A stretch of 56,854 nucleotides of DNA from Limisphaerales bacterium. Its GTDB lineage: Bacteria; Verrucomicrobiota; Verrucomicrobiia; Limisphaerales; SIBE01. The notes below the pieces were generated by a model. That model was given only the letters and a program-made list of their open reading frames with translations. It ran no database searches and was not told the origin of the DNA. This document shows, one piece after another, positions 52,196 to 56,854 of this stretch. The first letter of the stretch is position 1, and every line of letters begins with the position of its first letter. The position numbers and the translations under genes are program-made. The stretch is taken from NCBI GenBank assembly GCA_044225505.1, contig JBGAIN010000001.1, positions 145,642-202,495 of the forward strand, in the 5' to 3' direction.

Positions 52196-52927
52196 TCAGA
52201 GGGAGACCACTCCGATCAAGTATTGTATTTCTTCGTCAATTTCCTCCGCGCTCTTGACTGTCTGCGAGACAGCCAGTCGCAGTAATTCCCCATATCGATG
52301 TCGCATCCGGTGCACCGCCACTTTCAACGCCCCTTCGGTCATCCCGCATTCGGCAGCGGTGGCTGAATAGGGCAATCCCGAGCGATCCGGTCGGAGATAT
52401 TTGATCAAATGATCGTAAAGCTCGCTCTTATTCGCGGCTGCATATTCAGCACACAACTGTTCGGTCACGTTTTCCAGTAATGTGATCGCCCATTGCCGTT
52501 CAAATGCTCTTTCAGGAGTTTCTTCGTCCCGAATCTCGAGCAAGAATCGTCTCTCGCCCGCTTCGACATCGATTGAAAGCGGTTGTTGCCCGGCACCGCG
52601 CTTCTGTGCCTGCCCCTGCCGCCATTTGTGCCTCAGGAAGTTTTCGAGACATCTCAATAGGAAAGATCGGAATTTGCCACCCTCCCGCTGCAAACCCGTC
52701 AGACTTTGACTGCTCACCAAATGCGCGAAAAAGTCCTGGGTCAAATCCTCCGCGTCGACCGCAGTAATGCCGCGGCGACGGACAAACAGGTAGAGCGGAT
52801 ACCAGTAGCTTAAATACAATCCCGCGAACGCCGAGCGATCCGAATCCTGGGCGGGGTTTGTGGCTTGAAGAATCTGGGTCCAATGCGTTGTGCTAAAGAC
52901 CGCGCAGGCATTGTTCTTGATATTCAT
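52196..52927 (-). CDS. ECF sigma factor, kinase-associated (module 3)
   Basis: FSTTHW, YWYPLY, DAEDLTQDFF, GKFRSFLL, FERQWA, KVAVHRMRHRYGELLR. Confidence 0.9.
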   Translation of the reverse strand: MNIKNNACAVFSTTHWTQILQATNPAQDSDRSAFAGLYLSYWYPLYLFVRRRGITAVDAEDLTQDFFAHLVSSQSLTGLQREGGKFRSFLLRCLENFLRHKWRQGQAQKRGAGQQPLSIDVEAGERRFLLEIRDEETPERAFERQWAITLLENVTEQLCAEYAAANKSELYDHLIKYLRPDRSGLPYSATAAECGMTEGALKVAVHRMRHRYGELLRLAVSQTVKSAEEIDEEIQYLIGVVSL

Positions 52928-53208
52928 CCAATCGCGAAGGACGTAGCAAATCAGTTTCATGGGGCTAGTCAAGGAGCACGAGTGACGCTCCGGTGCTCCG
53001 CGAAAAACATCGGCGAGTTGTCTCAACTCCACGCTTTGATCAACCTTCCCACCGCTCCTCGCTCACCTAGCGCAGCTAACCGGACCGCTTGGCCGTAGGC
53101 CAATGAGTCATCCTTTCATTGTCGCCTGGCGTCGAGATTAGCATTGTCGCGTTCAAGAAATACCTCGCCATCGCCAAACGTAACCGTTCGATAAGGTGAC
53201 CTGGCTTC

Positions 53209-53868
53209 TTACTGGAGCTTGAGTGCTAAAACTGCGCGTTTGAGCACTCGCCCGACCCTGCTTTTTGCCATGTAGACAGACGCCTTCGTTGTCCCAATGG
53301 CCTTTGCCGTGTCGCCAACGGACAGCCCTTGTCGGACATGCAGCTCGAACATTTGAAACTGCTTTATGCTGACCTGAGCCTTGACGTGCTCCATTGCGGT
53401 TCGCAAGACATGCTGCTCCCATTCCTCGTTCCACAACGCTTCAAATTCGTCTGACGAGGGCTCGGCCGTGCGATGCGGCGGCGGATCGGTGTGGGGCCAC
53501 TGCTCTTCGGGCAAGTCGAGAATCTCCCGTGTCTCCTGTACTGCCTTTCCAGTCTTCCGCAACGTACATTTTCGTGCTCGAAACTGATCCCCGATTCGCC
53601 AGCGTGCCTGGCCTAGCAGCCAGGACTTGAAAGACCCGCGGGTTGGATTGGTATTGAACTCTCCGATCTTACGCAGTACGCCAACGACGGTTTCCTGAAC
53701 AACATCTTGAGCTTCGGCGTCGTTTAATCCGACTTTGCGAGCGACTTTGTAGATCAGTTCCCAGTATGTCGCAAAGAATTCACGCCAAGCACTAGTGTCG
53801 TCCCAACGCTTGAGCCGCTCGAGCAGGCTCTGTCGTGTCGGATTGGAGTCTTCAGTGCGCAGCGACAT
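53209..53868 (-). CDS. ECF sigma factor, TRxSLL-type (module 4)
   Basis: PTRQSLLERL..W..F...Y..LIY, EAQDVVQE, GSFKSWL, W..EW, VYMAKSRV. Confidence 0.9.
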   Translation of the reverse strand: MSLRTEDSNPTRQSLLERLKRWDDTSAWREFFATYWELIYKVARKVGLNDAEAQDVVQETVVGVLRKIGEFNTNPTRGSFKSWLLGQARWRIGDQFRARKCTLRKTGKAVQETREILDLPEEQWPHTDPPPHRTAEPSSDEFEALWNEEWEQHVLRTAMEHVKAQVSIKQFQMFELHVRQGLSVGDTAKAIGTTKASVYMAKSRVGRVLKRAVLALKLQ

Positions 53869-53904
53869 GGTCTCAGGGGTTTTAATAAAAGCCTGCACAC
53901 GCTG

Positions 53905-53932
53905 ACCACGTTCTGACGAGGCCGAATTTAAC
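53905..53932 (-). promoter_or_regulatory. Putative autoregulatory ECF promoter GTTAAA-N10-TCAGAACGTGGT
   Basis: Mirror copy at 54032-54059 on the plus strand. Confidence 0.7.
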
Positions 53933-54031
53933 ACGATCGGGCAGGGAGCTTTCGACGAGTTCGGTGCTGGATAGGCCAATCCAATGGAAGTCCACACGAT
54001 TGCCGACCGTTCGAAATTCGGTGAACAATCC

Positions 54032-54059
54032 GTTAAAATGATCGAGTTCAGACCGTGGT
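54032..54059 (+). promoter_or_regulatory. Putative ECF promoter GTTAAA-N10-TCAGACCGTGGT upstream of the FGE-domain gene
   Basis: gttaaa atgatcgagt tcagaccgtggt. Confidence 0.7.
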
Positions 54060-54095
54060 AGGAGCGTGGATTCAACACGCTTAAAACTCACCAAA

Positions 54096-55268
54096 ATGAT
54101 AATTATCTCAGAAAGAACAGCAAATAACCTAGCCCTCGCTGCTTGCGGGTTTGCGCTTCTGCAAAGCGTCGCCTCATCCTCTGCGCAGCCCGTTATCGAA
54201 AGCATCGCCATGGTCCCCCGACTGGCCGTCACAAGCGCCTCGGCGACAGTGGATACAATCCAATACAAGACGGATCTGAATCAGACGAATTGGCTCGTCT
54301 TGACAAACCTAGCCGTGGCGCAAAGCCCCTATTGGTTTGTCGATACCGACGCAACGCGGTCCACGCAGCGATACTATCGCGTGCTGGAAGCATCTTTGCC
54401 AACGGGAATGGTTCTTATACCCACCGGGTCATTCACGATGGGTGACACGCTGGATGGTGAAACGGATGCACTCCCGACCCACACCGTTAACGTCAGTGCG
54501 TTTTACGTGGATAAAACGTTGGTGACCTATGCGCTCTGGCAGCAGGTCTACGATTGGGCGACAAGCCACGGCTATGGGTTCGACAATCCTGGAATGGGCA
54601 AAGCCCCCGACCAACCGGTGAACACCCTGAGCTGGTATGACGCCGTGAAGTGGTGCAATGCACGATCCGAGATGGAAGGGCTTTCACTCTGCTATTTTAC
54701 GACAGCGAGCCATCTGACTGTTTACCGCAGCGGACGAACCAACTTGGAGAATTCCTTCGTAAATTGGATCGCCACGGGCTACCGCCTGCCAACCGAAGCT
54801 GAATGGGAAAAGGCAGCACGCGGCGGAGCTTCTGGCCGTCGCTTCCCCTGGGGGGACGTGGACACGATCAATTGGAGCAGAGCAAACTACTCTGCTAATC
54901 CTTCCGTTTACCATTATGACGCCAGTCCCAGTGACGGTCCAAATCCTCTCTTTAATGACGGAACCGAACCGTACACGAATCCGGTTGGATATTTTTCGCC
55001 CAACGGGTACGGGTTGTATGACGCGACTGGCAACGTGGCTAACTTGTGTTGGGACGTGTACGCGGGTTATAGCAGCGGAGCCCAGACGGATCCAAGAGGA
55101 CCTTCGGCAGGAGTCGACCGAGTCGTCCGTGGTGGAACTTGGTGCTGTGGGCCGGACCGCTCGTCCGAGCAGTGCCGCTGCGCAAGACGCGACCACCTGG
55201 GTAGCGATCCCGCGAATGCTTTCGGTTACGGCCTCGGATTTCGCTGCGTTCGAGCGGCCATCCAGTAA
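54096..55268 (+). CDS. Secreted FGE-sulfatase (SUMF1 / C-type-lectin fold) domain protein with an N-terminal YYR domain
   Basis: Signal peptide; MV.IP.G.F.MG, P...+SW.DA..WCN, YRLPTEAEWEKAARGG, PNGYGLYD..GNV, RV.RGG.W, GFRCVR. Confidence 0.9.
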   Translation: MIIISERTANNLALAACGFALLQSVASSSAQPVIESIAMVPRLAVTSASATVDTIQYKTDLNQTNWLVLTNLAVAQSPYWFVDTDATRSTQRYYRVLEASLPTGMVLIPTGSFTMGDTLDGETDALPTHTVNVSAFYVDKTLVTYALWQQVYDWATSHGYGFDNPGMGKAPDQPVNTLSWYDAVKWCNARSEMEGLSLCYFTTASHLTVYRSGRTNLENSFVNWIATGYRLPTEAEWEKAARGGASGRRFPWGDVDTINWSRANYSANPSVYHYDASPSDGPNPLFNDGTEPYTNPVGYFSPNGYGLYDATGNVANLCWDVYAGYSSGAQTDPRGPSAGVDRVVRGGTWCCGPDRSSEQCRCARRDHLGSDPANAFGYGLGFRCVRAAIQ

Positions 55269-55674
55269 GTAACGGCTGACGACCTTCGACCGATCTATTA
55301 TGGCTCACAGGATTGTTCAAACGCTTACCGACGTTCGAGACAACTTGACTCAGCCCGGCGGCCAGTATCGTGCTGCCCGGTTCCACCGACAACAAATCCT
55401 CTGATACCCCAACGAATTGGGCTTGGCTTTTTTGAACGGCTTGGCTGGCCGGGACCTTTTCACTGGCAAAGTCGTCGATTTGGCACTACCCATCATAACT
55501 ATCGATCGGCAATTTAATTCTCCGGGCGTGCCTCGGGGGATTTGCCGAGTCAGATTAATTAACTGCGGATGTCAACCGAGGCGGTAGGGCAGCATTGGTC
55601 TCCTCAAACAGACTAGTCAATAGGCTATAATAGGTCGGTCGCATATTTGCTACGGGAGTGTCTTCCTTGCCACG

Positions 55675-56853
55675 CTAGCGAGGGATCTCGTCCATCAACC
55701 CAAACCGTTGCATGATAGCAATGAATCGCGGATCTGTGTGTCTCCAGCATAAATCGCACATTGGTCCTCCGTCAAAGTTGCCCTGCTCACAGGCCTTTTC
55801 GAGGTATTCATAGGCCTTGTCCATTTCTCCAAGAGTCGCGTATACGGTGGAAATCTTGTAGAGATCTGGCGAAGGCTCCTTCAGCACATGTTCAAGGCGC
55901 TTTCGCCAATACGCCTCGCGTCCGGCGCGCGCGGCTTGGCGCAGCTCCCCGTAGCGCGTTTTGCGAATGCCTTCATCCACCCTGTCCAGCCGATCAAACT
56001 CTTCAAACGACTGAAGCGCTTTTTCAAATTCTCCCATTTCCTCGTAGGTCCGCCCTATCCAGTAGAGGCCATTGAGATGGCCCGGCGCTAGTTCGAGCGA
56101 TTTTCGATAGTGAATCAGGGCTTCGCTAAAGTTTCGCCGCATCAGGAATGTGAAAGCGAGGTGATCGTGAAAGAAAGGGTCAGAAGGCAACAATCGTTCA
56201 CCAGCACGATATTCCAGCTCAGCTCGCTCCGGATAACCCAGGTTTGTCAGGAAAAATCCGTAGGCAAGATGTGCGTAGGCGGCTCCTTCTCGTGAATCTG
56301 CTCTCAGCTCGGTAGAAAGTTTCGCTTCCGCCAGCGCTTCTCGGAATTTGAAATCGCGCCACTTGACCAGGGCCAAAGCGCCGCGTGATTCGGCCCGCGA
56401 CGGGGACAGACTCATCATTTTTGCGGCAGTCGCGCGTAAACTCGGAGGTCCTTCCAATTGGACTTGGGTCCGGAATAGTCCAAAGTAGGCCGGGAGAAAG
56501 GTGTCATCGATATCAATGGCTAGCTTGAAGTAATCCGAAGCCTGGCGATAACGTTCTCGCGGACCATTCAGGATCACGTAATTACCCTGGTCCACCAACT
56601 CGTTGACTCTCGATATTTTGGACTCGGCGTAGCCAATGACACGGGACCGTCCGAAACCCAGGGCAACTAGCGCGGCCACCGTTATTAAAGGAGCGATTTT
56701 CTTACCTAAACTCCAGAACTGCTGGCGCGAGTGTTTCTTTCTAACAGATCTTCCAGCCTCCAAAACGCGCAGGTCGTCGACCAGCGCCACTGCTTCCAAA
56801 TAGCGCTGGCTCGGATCGTGCGCGCATGCTTTAGCGATAATCTCATTGAGCTC
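55675..56853 (-). CDS. 3' part of a Ser/Thr kinase with TM segment and TPR repeats (5' end outside the window)
   Basis: The frame stays open to the window edge: ELNEIIAKACAHDPSQRY...DDL (kinase C-lobe end), TM LITVAALVALG, TPR-like helices, terminal DPRF..+..R.GL. Confidence 0.82.
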   Translation of the reverse strand, partial: ELNEIIAKACAHDPSQRYLEAVALVDDLRVLEAGRSVRKKHSRQQFWSLGKKIAPLITVAALVALGFGRSRVIGYAESKISRVNELVDQGNYVILNGPRERYRQASDYFKLAIDIDDTFLPAYFGLFRTQVQLEGPPSLRATAAKMMSLSPSRAESRGALALVKWRDFKFREALAEAKLSTELRADSREGAAYAHLAYGFFLTNLGYPERAELEYRAGERLLPSDPFFHDHLAFTFLMRRNFSEALIHYRKSLELAPGHLNGLYWIGRTYEEMGEFEKALQSFEEFDRLDRVDEGIRKTRYGELRQAARAGREAYWRKRLEHVLKEPSPDLYKISTVYATLGEMDKAYEYLEKACEQGNFDGGPMCDLCWRHTDPRFIAIMQRFGLMDEIPR

Positions 56854-56854
56854 C

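Noticed and set aside
55120..55675. Diversity-generating retroelement targeting the FGE/C-lectin C-terminus
   Set aside because: No template-repeat copy of the RGG.W...GFR region with adenine-specific differences, and no reverse transcriptase in the window. A remote trans-acting DGR cannot be excluded.

Overview
Bacterial chromosomal window, most likely from a Verrucomicrobiota (Pedosphaera/Limisphaera-like) genome. That assignment is inferred from the ECF-sigma/WD40-kinase pairs, H-X9-DG prepilin-like proteins and a PEP-CTERM protein. No rRNA, tRNA, CRISPR array, transposase or integrase was recognised. Contents: (1) the start of a DUF3450-ExbB-ExbB (TonB-type) operon, with one frameshift. 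(2) Four ECF sigma + membrane Ser/Thr kinase modules; in three, a private bipartite promoter-like motif occurs twice, before the kinase or sigma gene and before a neighbouring secreted-protein gene. (3) Five otherwise unrelated secreted proteins share a ~65-75 aa domain ending (R/G)-(F/Y)-(Y/F/L)-R-(V/L), a candidate sorting or anchoring tag. (4) A probable phosphate-starvation lipid-remodelling island (OlsB/OlsA-like pair, phosphodiesterase, GT4-PlcP-like-GT4) with 11-bp-phased Pho-box-like repeats. (5) A MarR/4Fe-4S-SCP2 unit with a duplicated operator-like site. (6) A decaying run of small co-oriented genes separated by degenerate attC-like hairpins (CALIN-like), including an AAC(6')-I-like acetyltransferase. 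(7) An M16 protease and several gene relics. All family calls come from motif recognition by eye; no database searches were run.
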